Shown here: positions 8,801 to 19,899 of the stretch, in pieces
Numbering within the stretch: the first letter of the stretch is position 1
Layout: the number at the start of each line of letters is the position of its first letter
Origin: an uncultured delta proteobacterium
GTDB lineage: Bacteria; Desulfobacterota; Syntrophia; Syntrophales; UBA2185
NCBI GenBank assembly: GCA_963695875.1
Contig: CAVOID010000006.1
Span: 1-39,956 of the forward strand
Reading direction: 5' to 3'
DNA: 39,956 nucleotides
The notes under the pieces: model-generated
Seen by the model: the letters and a program-made list of their open reading frames with translations, nothing else
Databases searched by the model: none
What the model was told of the DNA's origin: nothing
Position numbers and translations under genes: made by a program

Positions 8801-9680
8801 GATCCACCTCCGATTCGACCCTGTAGTATCCTGTAAGCATCGAGCGAAGATTGTTCCAGAAGCCGGTGATGATTACCTCAAACACGTGAATGATCACGAA
8901 CAGCACCAGCGCACAGGCGACAACGAAATGGATCGTCCTAATGGATTGTCTGCCGAAAAAGATATCCACCCAGCCGAGGAATAATGCGTCCAGCGCTGGC
9001 GACATACCGAGTCCCATCAGGATCATCAGGGGGAGAAGGAAAAAGATCACGACCAAATAGGCGCATTTCTGCAGTATGTTATAGTGCTTGGCCGCTTCGC
9101 CTGCGGGATGTCGAAAGCGCAGATGATCGACAATCGTTCTGCCTATCGAACGCCAATCCTGCATCGTGGGAATAAGATCACGGTGCAAATGCCTGCTTAC
9201 AATGGAGTAGGTTATAAAGGCGATGCCGTTTACCACGAGCAGCCAGGCGATAAAGAAGTGCCAGCGCCGCGCCATGGAAAGCCATTGCTAGTCGGGTATG
9301 GTGAGCCAGGAAGGGAAGCCACGTTCGGTTAATTCTCCCGCCGAGTCCCTGGAGGCGCCGAGGAATCCGGTTGTATTGAATTCGTGGCCGAAGATGCGGG
9401 TGACGCCGGAGATTTCCCCTTCATCGTCTTCTTCGCCCCGCAGCTCCAATACGGGAGAAGCGCCGCTGTAAGACTGCTTGCCCCAGTAAAGCGCAGGATG
9501 GGCATTGAAAATATTGAGACCGCTCATCAGGAGCGTAGCAAGAAAAACGACATTGCCCCAGTGCATAATGCGGACAGGCAACGAATGCCTGTAATACGGA
9601 TATCCACTCGAAACGGCGCGGATCAAGTTTTTCCATAATTTTCTTAGCCAATCGCGTAGTGTTCCGTTTATTCGTCTCAT
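8793..9680 (-). CDS. Membrane cytochrome b partner of the molybdoenzyme, interrupted by an in-frame TAG at 9288-9290
   Basis: RIMHWGN, RRWHFFIAW, YNILQK, RTIHF...IIHV heme-His motifs; the two ORFs are in the same frame (IPD*QWLSMARRW). Confidence 0.85.
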
Positions 9681-9831
9681 CAGGAGTGTGGCAAGCAAAA
9701 CGGCATTGCGCCAGTGCATAGTGAGCACAAACAACGAATGCCTGCAATACGAATATCCACTTGAAATGGCGCGGCTTAAGGTTTTCCATAATTTTCTCAG
9801 CTACCGTATATTGTTTTGTTTATTCGTCTCA
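9523..9831. repeat. ~153-bp tandem duplication of the cytochrome b 5' end
   Basis: 9523-9648 aligns with 9676-9801; GTTTATTCGTCTCA recurs at 9666 and 9818. Confidence 0.9.
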
Positions 9832-10375
9832 CCATTGTTTGTCACTTTTAGGATTTCTGTAGGAGATTCCTTGAAAAGGCCAAGACCTCATCATCCAAGT
9901 TAACTGCTTATATCAGCGTCTGATAAGTATCTATCGGGTATTACCTGAATCATGTGTTCCAAATTCCTTACTTACCTTCGGCCAGCTTTTCGGATCATCA
10001 CAGGAATTGTTTTGATGCTTATCCATGCTGATAAGAAAAGTTGAAGAAAAAACAAAAAAGTAGCATTAGGTTCTGCTTTTTCATCATGTCCTTGATGGAA
10101 ATATTGTATGACGGACAAAATTGGAAATGCAACATGTCAGGAAGTATTTATTTTTGTCGTAAGTAAAGAAATGGAAATTTTATATCTGTCTGTTTCAACT
10201 CGCATTCAATAATATCCTGATCGGGGGAAGGACGACAGGTCTGAAACATGAAAATCTAACACATATACATGCAGAAACCGAACAGCAGTACCCACTAGAT
10301 TTTATTGTCAAATAATATTTCTATAAAAGAAATACCTTCCCCTATACTTCTAATCCTTCGCACAATTGGTTCTCT

Positions 10376-10458
10376 GTCATTGCGAGCGCAGCGAAGCAAT
10401 CTCATAAGCCTTTGATAATTCGTTAGATTGCCACGTCGCTTACGCTCCTCGCAATGAC
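10376..10458. repeat. Palindromic REP/MITE-like element (GTCATTGCGAG...CTCGCAATGAC)
   Basis: Perfect 11-bp terminal inverted repeat with inner GCAATCT/AGATTGC arms. Confidence 0.8.
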
Positions 10459-10547
10459 TGAATGAGAGTTGTGCAAACGTTTCAACTTCATAAGGGAAGG
10501 TATGGAATCCGCATGGATGAAATGTTCAATAATGATAATTTACTTTA

Positions 10548-10988
10548 TTACTTAACCAACAGAACGGGGCATTTGGCTCCCCTCATAACCTTATCGGCGA
10601 TACTGCCGAGATGATGAATCACCCCTTTTTTCCCGTGCGATGCGATAACAATAAGATCGATACGTTTGTCCCTTTGCTCTTTCAGGATCGTTTCATAGGT
10701 ATCTCCCATTTTTACATCAGCGATAATCTGGATGTCCTTAGACGGAACGAGTTCTTCCACTTCCTTTTGCAGTTTTTCCTTGGCAAACTTCAGGCTTTGC
10801 TTTTCAATCTGTTTTACGAGAGAGACGTCGAGGCAATAATCCACGGCACATTGCATCACTTCGTCCACGACGTGCAGAAGATAAATCTTGGACTTATGCT
10901 GTGATGCAATCTCCACAGCCTTCTTTAAAGCCTTGTCGGAATACGCGGAAAAATCGGTCGGAACTAGAATATTTTTTGGTGCAAACAT
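10548..10988 (-). CDS. Universal stress protein (UspA family)
   Basis: NILVPTDFS...IVIASHGKKG...LGSIADKVMRGAKCPVLLV. Confidence 0.93.
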   Translation of the reverse strand: MFAPKNILVPTDFSAYSDKALKKAVEIASQHKSKIYLLHVVDEVMQCAVDYCLDVSLVKQIEKQSLKFAKEKLQKEVEELVPSKDIQIIADVKMGDTYETILKEQRDKRIDLIVIASHGKKGVIHHLGSIADKVMRGAKCPVLLVK

Positions 10989-11162
10989 TTTTTAACCCTC
11001 CATTCATTCATATTAAAATGTAAAACATTAAAAAAAACTTTGTCAATGCATCTTCTGCAAAATAATCATATTTTCTTGAAAACATGTTGACGGGTAATCT
11101 CTCCCCAGCCTGCACTTTATAATGGCGGACAGGGGTTCTTTTCAAATCACAAGTCCTGTTAA

Positions 11163-11777
11163 TTATTTATTTGCAGATAAATATCCTTTGGCTAAGGATG
11201 TGTTGACATGAACAACCCCTTTATTCAGGTTTTTCAGCGGGTAATCATCCATAATCACTGGAAGTTTATCGGCCTGTTCCTGATCCCTGATAACTGAACC
11301 AGCAGGAACGTAACGGCGATCTGGAACTGACACCCCCATCAGGATTACACCTGGCTCCAGAACACACCCTTTTCCGACATGGGATCTAAAAACCAGAACC
11401 TTCATGCCGACAAAGGTATCGTCCATGACCACGGCCGGTCCGTGAATCTGTGCCTGATGGGCCAGGGAGACACGGCTCCCAACATAAACGGCGTACTTCC
11501 TGCCGTTGACTTCATAAAGGTTTTTCTCAACAGGTTTCCCATCAAGTTCTGTCTCAAGTGCGTGGATTACAACCCCATCCTGAACATTCGAATTATCGCC
11601 GACAAACAGCGGCTGCCCTTCGTCGCCACGGATGGAAGCCATCGGAGAAACCATAATATTTTTACCCAGTGTGACATTTCCGATAACCGCTGCCAAAGGG
11701 TGAACATAGGTGGAAGGATCGATTGCCGGCTCCGATACCTTTGTACTAAAATCAGCCGGAACATTCTTTTCTATCAC
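11163..11777 (-). CDS. Gamma-class carbonic anhydrase (Cam-type)
   Basis: Hexapeptide repeats; IRGDEG, NVQDGVVIHALE and SLAHQAQIHGP (three metal-ligand His); AAGGAG RBS. Confidence 0.9.
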   Translation of the reverse strand: MIEKNVPADFSTKVSEPAIDPSTYVHPLAAVIGNVTLGKNIMVSPMASIRGDEGQPLFVGDNSNVQDGVVIHALETELDGKPVEKNLYEVNGRKYAVYVGSRVSLAHQAQIHGPAVVMDDTFVGMKVLVFRSHVGKGCVLEPGVILMGVSVPDRRYVPAGSVIRDQEQADKLPVIMDDYPLKNLNKGVVHVNTSLAKGYLSANK

Positions 11778-11855
11778 GCCGTTAATCTCCTTTTGAAAGA
11801 ATTGAGCAAACAGTAAAGTGCAGTCTTTGCTCTCATTAATGCCTCAAAAAAATGC

Positions 11856-12329
11856 TCAACCGCCTGCGGTTTGCGGAAACGCCGTATTGGCGTAAAGATA
11901 TTCCATCTTTTCCTTGTGCTTTAATTCTTCGCTTGCCATTTTGGTCAATAGCTCTTTTACATCGCCCGCCGGATAGCTTTTTGCCAGGCTATTGTAAAAA
12001 TTGTATGAGTTAATTTCCCTGTTGGCGGCAATCAGATAGACCTCGGCGCTTTTTATGTCCTTTTTAACATCGGGCTTTTTCATGTGTTCTATGATTTTAT
12101 AATCAATGGGTGTCTCCAGCTTCAGGACTTCCGAACAGAAGCGGCCTTCCTGGCAGGTTGTAAGAAATTCTTTATGTTTGGCTTCTTCCTGGGCGATATA
12201 CTTCAGGGTGCTCTTCGCCTCCTTATCTTCTACCAGGTTGTAGAGGTCCATATAAAAATCATACGCCTCTTGTTCCTTGTCTATGGCCATGCTGATCACT
12301 GAGTTAAGCGTATTTTGCATTTTCTCCAT
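11856..12329 (-). CDS. Ferritin-like/rubrerythrin family protein
   Basis: AIDKEQEAYDFY...EEAKHK...ANREINSYNFY...EELKHK di-iron motifs. Confidence 0.88.
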   Translation of the reverse strand: MEKMQNTLNSVISMAIDKEQEAYDFYMDLYNLVEDKEAKSTLKYIAQEEAKHKEFLTTCQEGRFCSEVLKLETPIDYKIIEHMKKPDVKKDIKSAEVYLIAANREINSYNFYNSLAKSYPAGDVKELLTKMASEELKHKEKMEYLYANTAFPQTAGG

Positions 12330-12540
12330 ACCTCCCTTACAAATCTGATTTTATAAAACAGTTACAATGTCCGATCCTCAATCAAAACTATTATACTCTA
12401 CAGTGACCCTGTAGCCAATTCCTAATTCATCACCCTCCGCAATCGCATGAACCGGCCGAACATTATAGGAGTTAGGGCGAATTTCCCATCACCATGGTGG
12501 GGCGAGAAAAAATCCGCCCTACGGTTATTAAAGATAATCT

Positions 12541-13781
12541 TTATGCCTTTGCCGCTTTCGGCGCCGGTCTCTTGTAGCTCAATGCGAGAAGAAAACCGAC
12601 TGCGAGAAGTCCTGCGGCAACATACACAGCAATTCCCTTAATCTGTGCGAATACCAGCGGCCCGACAATGCCCGCAGCACCCCACGCCGTCAGCATGATC
12701 CCATAGACTTTGCCGATGTAGCCGGGTCCGAAGGAGTCTGCGGCAAATGCCGGCATGGTAGCAAAGCCGCCGCCGTAACAGGCAAGAAGATAGCACGCGA
12801 CGACGGTGAAGATCAACTTATCGTCTATCTGAGGCAGCAGGACATAAAGAACGGCCTGGGTGATAAACATGATGATAAACACGTTCTTTCTACCAATAGC
12901 ATCGGATGTCCATGCCCATAAGAGACGTCCCAGACCATTAAAGATGGACGCGTAGGCAAGGATCGATCCTCCTGCCAGGGCGAGCGCCGCTGCCTGCGAT
13001 CAAAGGATCGGTTTTCTTGATGACATCCTGGGCCATGGGGGAGAGCTGTGAGATCAGTCCGAGTCCTGCGGAAACGTTCAGGAAGAGCATTGTCCAGAGC
13101 ATCCACCACTGAGGAGTCTTCACGGCTTCATCGAAGGTAAACGATTGCGCTGCCGAGACGCCTGTCGCTTTAGGGGTAAAGCCTGCTGGGCAGCCAGCCT
13201 TTGGGTGGATTCTTGAACAACTGAGCAGATGCGGTGACTAAAACCAGAAATATCACGCCCCAGATGTAAAAGGTGTTTGCCACACCCATGGAAATGACCA
13301 TAGGAGGAGCAATCTTGCCCATGAAAAAGGCGCCGCCGCCGAAACCCATGACGGCGAGACCCGTTACCAAGCCCCTCTTGTCGGGGAACCACCGGATCAG
13401 GGTGGCAATGGGGGTAATATAGCCGAAACCGTTGCCAAGACCGGCGATGAAACCGAAACCAAGATACAGAAGCCAGATGCTTCCGATCTGATCGGCCAAG
13501 CCGGCAAGAAGCGTCCCGATACCGAAAAGAATACCACCGATGGTGGCCACAAACTTGGGACCTTTTTTGTCCACCAGGGTTCCGCCGAAGGCGGCGGCGA
13601 TACCGATCATGCCGATACAGATCATGAACGTCACCTGCGTCTCCGTCTCACCCCAGCCGTGGGCGGTCATGAAGGGTTTCTTGAAAACAGACCAGGCATA
13701 GACCGTCCCCAAACACAATTGCATGACGATTGCCGCAATGGCAATCAACCATCTCTTACCTTCTAAATTTTCATTACTCAT
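12541..13781 (-). CDS. OFA-family MFS transporter (oxalate/formate antiporter-like), two frameshifts
   Basis: QLCLGTVYAWSVF, RWFPDKRGLVTGLAVMGFG, FNGLGRLLWAWTSDAIGRK, YGGGFATMPA; three ORFs join by removing single bases near 13189 and 12995. Confidence 0.88.
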
Positions 13782-13829
13782 AATACATTACTCCTTCATT
13801 ATAAAATATTTTACGTTCCTATAATTTAA

Positions 13830-13857
13830 AGTTACCCCACCGTCGGGTGGGGCAACT
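13830..13857 (-). terminator. Strong hairpin between fdh and the OFA transporter
   Basis: AGTTACCCCACC-GTCG-GGTGGGGCAACT, short U-rich tail on the minus strand. Confidence 0.55.
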
Positions 13858-13875
13858 GTGAATCATGTTTTCTTT

Positions 13876-16572
13876 TTATGCCGCTTCCACTTTAACGGCA
13901 CATACCTTATATTCCGGAATTTTGCAAACCGGATCGAGGGCAGGGTTCGTGAGTAGATTAACGGCTGCTTCCTTGAAATGGAAATTCATGAAAATCGTTC
14001 CTTTGGGCACACGCTCTGTTACCTGAGCTTTAGCCTGGACAACGCCGCGCCGTGACGAGACTTTAGTCAACTGGCCTTCCTTAATCCCGAGTTTCTTCGC
14101 ATCACCCGGATTAATTTCTACGAGGGATTCCGGGCATCTCTGCGTTATTCCCTTGGAGAGGCGTGACATGGTCCCGGTGTGATACTGATACAGGACGCGA
14201 CCCGTGGTCATTACAAACGGGTACTTAGCATCGGGAACTTCCGCAGGTGGGATGTAATCGATCGCATGGAATAATCCCAGACCCCTGGTGAACCTGTCTT
14301 TATGAAGGTATTTGGTTCCCAGATGATCCGTATTTGGACATGGCCATTGGATGCCCCCTTGTTCAAGCCTGTCATAGGTGATGCCTGCATAACTTGGAGT
14401 CAATTGGTTGACTTCCTTCATAATATCTTCAGGATCGGCATATTTCATAGGATAACCCATTTGGGTGGAAAGCTCGGAAATGATTTCCCAGTCCGGCTTT
14501 GCCTGGCCGGGAGCATTAACAGCCTTTCTGACACGCTGCACCCTTCTTTCTGTGTTGGAGAAGGTTCCCTCCTTTTCTGCAAAACAAGCTGCCGGCAATA
14601 CAACGTGAGCAAGTTCTGCCGTCTCAGAGAGGAGAATATCCTGCACAACAAGGAGCTCAAGATGGTTTAACGCCTCTTTTACATGAGATAAATCAGGATC
14701 GGAGAGCATTGGGTTTTCACCGACGACAAAGAGAGCCTTGATCTTTCCCTCATGGGCGGCATTCAGTGTTTCCACAATGGTAAGTCCCGGTTTAGGAGGT
14801 AATGTGACACCCCAGGCCTTTTCGAATTTTGCCCTTGTTTCATCGTTCGCTACCGGCTGATAGCCGGTGAAAACAACCGGAAGCGCTCCCATGTCGCAGG
14901 CGCCCTGAACATTATTCTGCCCCCTCAGGGGGTCGACGCCCCCTCCCTCAATGCCCACATAGCCGCAGAGCATGGCAAGATTCGCACAGGATTTTACATT
15001 ATCCGTACCGGTAATATGCTGCGTGATACCCATGGTGTAGAGAATCGCAGCCTTTCCTGCCCCCGCATACATACGGGCGGCTGCTTTAATGTCTTCCGCC
15101 GGAACGCCAGTAATCTTTTCGGAATACTTCGGAGTATATTTCTCTACAACCTTCTTCAGGGCTTCAAAGCCCTCGGTTCGCGTTTCTACATATTCTTTGG
15201 CGTAGAGGCCTTCAGAGATAATGACGTTCATCATGCCGTTTAAAAGGGCAACATCGGTGCCTGGCTTCTGGCGCAGCCAGATGGCGGCATATTTCACCAG
15301 GTCGATTTTCCTCGGATCAGCGACGATCAATTTTGCACCGTGCAGGCGGACGGCCCTCTTTACTTTCGAACTGATAACAGGGTGGTTTTCTGTCGTGTTG
15401 GTTCCTATGGCAAGCATGGCATTGGTATATTCAAGCTCATCAATGGAATTAGTCATTGCACCACTTCCGAAGGCAGCGGCCAGACCGGCCACTGTGGAAG
15501 AGTGTCAAAGACGGGCACAGTGATCGACATTGTTGGTGCCGATCACCGCTCTCATGAATTTCTGGAAGAGATAATTTTCCTCGTTGGTAACCCTCGCAGA
15601 GGAGAATCCTGCGATACTGTCAGGACCGTCTTTCTTCTTGATTGAAGCCAGTTTCTCGGCAATGTATTTATATGCCTCATCCCAGCTTGCCTCTTTCAGC
15701 TCTCCGTTTTTCCGGATCAGGGGGGTTTTCAGACGGTCGGGATGCTGGACGAAATCCAGTCCGAAACGACCTTTTACGCAGAGTCTGCCTTCATTGGGTT
15801 GGCCGTATTCACGATTGCCTGTGACTTTGACAATCTTTCCGCTATGGATGTTCAGATCCATCTGGCAGCCGACACCACAGTATGTACACGTTGTTTTTAC
15901 CTTTTTCATTTCCCATGGACGGCCCTGAAATTTTGCCTGTTTAAACGTAATTGCGCCTACCGGGCAGGAATCTACACACTCGCCGCAGAAGACGCATATC
16001 GAGTCGATATAATCCGCGTCAAAGGCCGGGCCGACCTTGGTGCGGAACCCCCGCAAAGAAAAATCAAGAACCTCATTGACCTGAATCTCATTGCAGGCCC
16101 TGATACACCTGCCGCAGAGGATGCATTTGTTGAGGTCTCTCTGGATCATAACGTTGGTTTTTTCGATTTCATAACCGGGGGATTCTATTTGGAATCGCGG
16201 TTTCTCTATCTGTAACCAGTAAATTAGATTTTGCAGTTCACATGCCCCATTCGATTCACAGGTGAGGCAGTTGTGATCGCCTGAAGACCAGAGAAGCTCG
16301 ACAACGAGCCTTTGAGCTGCTCTTACAGCCGGTGTATCGGTTTTGACAACCATACCGGTGTTTATCGGCATGCAGCAGGAGGCCACAAGGGTTCTTGCAC
16401 CCGCAACCTCGACCACGCACACCCGGCACGCACCGACATTTGTGGTATTCGCATACTGGCAGAGTGTCGGTATATAAATACCGTTATCCCGGGCAACCTC
16501 CAGAATTGTCTGTCCGGCGGTGGCTTGAACCTCCTTTCCGTCAATAGTTAGTGAAATCTTGTTCGTTTCCAT
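13876..16572 (-). CDS. fdhF: Selenocysteine-containing formate dehydrogenase alpha subunit with N-terminal NuoG-like Fe-S domain (898 aa, Sec356)
   Basis: In-frame TGA at 15505-15507 in [23 protein letters not shown]...C cluster; [19 protein letters not shown] end; N-terminal 2Fe-2S, HNCLTC and two 4Fe-4S motifs; selC in window. Confidence 0.95.
15474..15494 (-). promoter_or_regulatory. Bacterial SECIS element of fdh
   Basis: CAGUGGCC-GGUCU-GGCCGCUG 8-bp stem with G-led apical loop starting 18 nt after the UGA. Confidence 0.85.
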
Positions 16573-17207
16573 TACGTACTCCTTTCATGCAGCCTGAAAA
16601 TTGATTATATAAGTTAAACACCCAGTCTTTCTATTAAAACTGCGGAAAATAAGACAATAAAAAATTGTAATAATCTGGTGAAATGTCCAATGTCAGAACT
16701 ACTGTGCTAAGAATAATGGTGACGAGTGAATGTGGATGCATCCTGATTAACATCTTCTAGAACTGTCTGGCTGTTCATTATCAAAGAATTTCGACATATT
16801 TTTTGTGGGTGTAAGATATCAAATACGTATTTTTCATCATTATTCTTACTCTTCCTGTGGGTAGTAAAAAAGGATCACAAGTATTTGCCGAGAAATGAAC
16901 AAAGCGCCTCCCTTTACACTAATTATCTGTCGGTGTCAAGCATTATTGGTAAGAAATCTAATTATTTCAATAGAATATGTCATATATGATATATGTATAA
17001 TTTTACATAAAATATGTTCCTGGTAATCACGTTTTTCCTTGTCGAGTCTTAGGCATGGCAAGATTTCAAAATTCGCTTTTCACTTTATTACTTGTTTCAT
17101 GTCTCCTGTGGAAACCGAGCATGACCAAAGAAAGAAGCGGTGATGAAAAACCTGGCAGTTAGATCGTCAGAGCGCCCTTATTCCATCCTTTACATCTCCA
17201 GATAAAA

Positions 17208-18199
17208 ATGGTTAATAGAAATGATAAATCAAATTATAATATGGCATTGAGAATGGAAAACGACAGTGAAAACAGCAGTTTTTTTGGGAAACTAAGGGCC
17301 GGTCTTGCCAGGACAAGAAAAAGCCTTGTCAGAAATATTGATGACATCCTCCTTGGGGAAAGGGTCATTGATCAGAAACTCTTTGAAGAACTGGAGGAAA
17401 CTCTGATAATGGCTGATGTCGGCCCTGCTTTTACCTATGAGCTGATTGAGAAAATGAAAGAGCAGGTCCAGAGAAAAGAGCTCGGTAATCCGGAACTGCT
17501 CAAAAAAGTCCTGAAGGATGCCATCACGGACACCCTGAGGAAAAATGAGATGCCCTTTCAGATCCCTCAGAATGGACTCTTTACCATAATGGTCGTGGGC
17601 GTTAACGGGACAGGGAAGACGACAACAATAGGAAAACTGGCATTGAGTCTGAAAAAAAGGGGTATGTCCGTCATGCTCGTTGCGGCCGACACTTTCAGAG
17701 CGGCAGCAATCGAACAGCTTGAAATCTGGAGCCAGCGGGTGGACGTGCCTCTGATCAAACAGACAATCGGCGCAGACCCCTCCGCTGTTGTCTTTGATGC
17801 CATTGATGCGGCAAAGGCCAGAAAGGCTGATGTCTTAATCATCGATACGGCAGGCAGGCTTCACACCAAGGTGAATCTGATGGAGGAGCTGAAGAAGATG
17901 AAGCGCATCATAGGAAGGGAACTCCCCGGATGTCCTCATGAGATCCTCCTTGTTCTCGATGCCACAACTGGTCAGAATGCCGTTGTCCAGGCGAAGATGT
18001 TTTATGACGAAATCGGTGTGTCTGGAATTATATTAACCAAACTTGGACGGAACGGCAAAAGGCGGAGTCATTATAGGAATCGCCAGGGAACTCAGCATTC
18101 CCGATCCGGTATATCGGTATCGGTGAGGGACTGGATGATTTGAAAAGTTTCAAAAGTGAAGAATTTGTGGGAGCCCTCTTTGAACAGGACACCAGGTAG
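17208..18199 (+). CDS. ftsY: SRP receptor GTPase FtsY (two apparent frameshifts; start uncertain)
   Basis: GVNGTGKTTT, DTFRAAA, DTAGR, DATTGQN; TKLDGTAKGG and IGIGEGLDDL restored by removing bases near 18045 and 18101. Confidence 0.93.
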
Positions 18200-18223
18200 A
18201 GGGTCGGATAAGGAAGTTTCTGC

Positions 18224-18868
18224 ATGGGAAAGATATTTGCCATAGGAGATATACACGGATATATCTTAAAGCTCGATAGATTAATGGCAAGGCTTCATAT
18301 TGATGCCGAAAAGGACACGCTCGTTTTTATCGGAGACTATATAGACAGAGGCCCTGATTCCAGAGGGGTCATCGATAAAATCCTAGATATCAGAAAAAGA
18401 ATCAAAAATGTTGTCTGTCTGCTGGGAAATCATGAGCAGATGTTTCTCAACTACTACCTTGAACAAAGGGATGAAGAGCTTTTCATGCATAATGGAGGAA
18501 TAAGCACATTAATATCTTATGGCTTTACACGAGAAGGCAGGAAAGACTTAAAGGTACCGGATATGCACATGGATTTCTTCACCACCCTCCGGCCATATTA
18601 TGAGACAGATGATTATATATTCGTACATGCCGGTTTAAGACCAGGCATTCCCATTAATCGACAGAACATCGAAGACCTCATCTGGATACGATACGAGTTT
18701 ATCAATTCTCCCTACGATTTTGGTAAGGTCGTTATTTTCGGCCACACACCCCTCTCTCTTACTGAACCCCTGACTGATAAAAACAAGATCGGCCTTGATA
18801 CGGGTGCCGTCTATGGCGGAAAATTGACATGCATTGAACTGACGGAAATGAAAATATATCAGGTCTGA
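18224..18868 (+). CDS. Calcineurin-like metallophosphoesterase (PPP-family Ser/Thr phosphatase)
   Basis: GDIHG, GDYIDRG, GNHE, VHAG, FGHTP, DTGA motifs. Confidence 0.92.
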   Translation: MGKIFAIGDIHGYILKLDRLMARLHIDAEKDTLVFIGDYIDRGPDSRGVIDKILDIRKRIKNVVCLLGNHEQMFLNYYLEQRDEELFMHNGGISTLISYGFTREGRKDLKVPDMHMDFFTTLRPYYETDDYIFVHAGLRPGIPINRQNIEDLIWIRYEFINSPYDFGKVVIFGHTPLSLTEPLTDKNKIGLDTGAVYGGKLTCIELTEMKIYQV

Positions 18869-18874
18869 GGGTCT

Positions 18875-19762
18875 ATGAAGATCATTGAATGCGTCCCCAA
18901 TTTCAGTGAAGGCAGGAGCAGGAAAAAGATAAACAGTATCGTGTCGGCCCTTTCCTCGGTTGAGAATGTGAGGCTCCTTGATACATGTGTCGATGCAGAC
19001 CACAACCGGACGGTTCTGACCTTCGTCGGGACGCCGGAATCTGTAACAAAAGGAGCAATGGCCGCGTGTGAAAGGGCCATCGATCTGATTGATATGCGTG
19101 AACACAGGGGCGTCCATCCCCGCATCGGTGCGGTTGATGTAGTACCCTTTGTACCCCTGAAAGGTGCAACGATGAAAAACGCGGTGGACGCGGCACACCG
19201 GTTTGGCCGTGCCTTCGGAAAAACAAAGAAAATCCCAGTTTATTTTTATGGTGAGGCAGCACTCGATCCCGCAAGAAGGGAACTGCCCGATGTCCGTAAA
19301 GGGGAATACGAAGCCTTAAAAACGCGGTTTGATAATCCTTTGTGGCTGCCGGATGCAGGACCGGCCCGCTTTAATCCGCGAAGTGGCGCCGTAGCAGTCG
19401 GGGCACGCGAGCCTCTTATTGCCTTCAATATCAACCTTGCAACGGACAATCTTCAAGCAGCAAAAGAAATCGCCTGTTCCATAAGGCAGTCAAGCGGCGG
19501 GCTGCAACATGTAAAGGCCATCGGTGTTCCTCTGAAGAGCAGGAATATAGCCCAGGTATCGATGAACCTTACCAATTACAAGGTGACACCACTCCGGACA
19601 GTTTTTGATGCGGTAAAGGAAGAGGCCTCCCGCCGCGGTGTCGCAATCCTGGAATCTGAACTGGTGGGCCTCATCCCGGAAGATGCGTTAGAAGGTGTAA
19701 CCGCCGAATATCTCCAATTAGAGAAGTTCTGCGCCGAATGCATCATAGAAACACATTTGTAG
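18875..19762 (+). CDS. ftcD: Glutamate formiminotransferase
   Basis: IECVPNFSEGR, DADHNR, HPRIGAVDVVPFVP, RKGEYE, QVSMNL, SELVGL. Confidence 0.93.
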   Translation: MKIIECVPNFSEGRSRKKINSIVSALSSVENVRLLDTCVDADHNRTVLTFVGTPESVTKGAMAACERAIDLIDMREHRGVHPRIGAVDVVPFVPLKGATMKNAVDAAHRFGRAFGKTKKIPVYFYGEAALDPARRELPDVRKGEYEALKTRFDNPLWLPDAGPARFNPRSGAVAVGAREPLIAFNINLATDNLQAAKEIACSIRQSSGGLQHVKAIGVPLKSRNIAQVSMNLTNYKVTPLRTVFDAVKEEASRRGVAILESELVGLIPEDALEGVTAEYLQLEKFCAECIIETHL

Positions 19763-19819
19763 TCATTGCGAGGAACCCTTCGCTTCGCTAAAGGGTAAAC
19801 TCCGTGACGTGGCAATCTC
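19762..19819 (+). repeat. Half copy of the GTCATTGCGAG palindromic element with an inserted hairpin
   Basis: GTCATTGCGAG...GCAATCTC left arm as at 10376; inner ACCCTT...AAGGGT stem. Confidence 0.6.
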
Positions 19820-19899
19820 TTTTGATTCCGGAAACAATACAGACATTGACACCTTAAGCAAAACCATGTTAAAGCCCTCCATCCCACAGAAAAACCAGT

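Noticed and set aside
9421..9789. 122-aa repeated ORF (MENLKPRH.../MEKLDPRR...) as a real protein
   Set aside because: Alternate frame of the duplicated cytochrome b 5' end
12474..12522. TAGGGCG...CGCCCTAC fold-back as a GTAG-type REP or riboswitch
   Set aside because: Single imperfect copy; cannot be distinguished from a terminator-like hairpin after the transporter
16600..17200. Moco/tungsten riboswitch or Rex site upstream of fdh
   Set aside because: No convincing consensus or structure seen by eye
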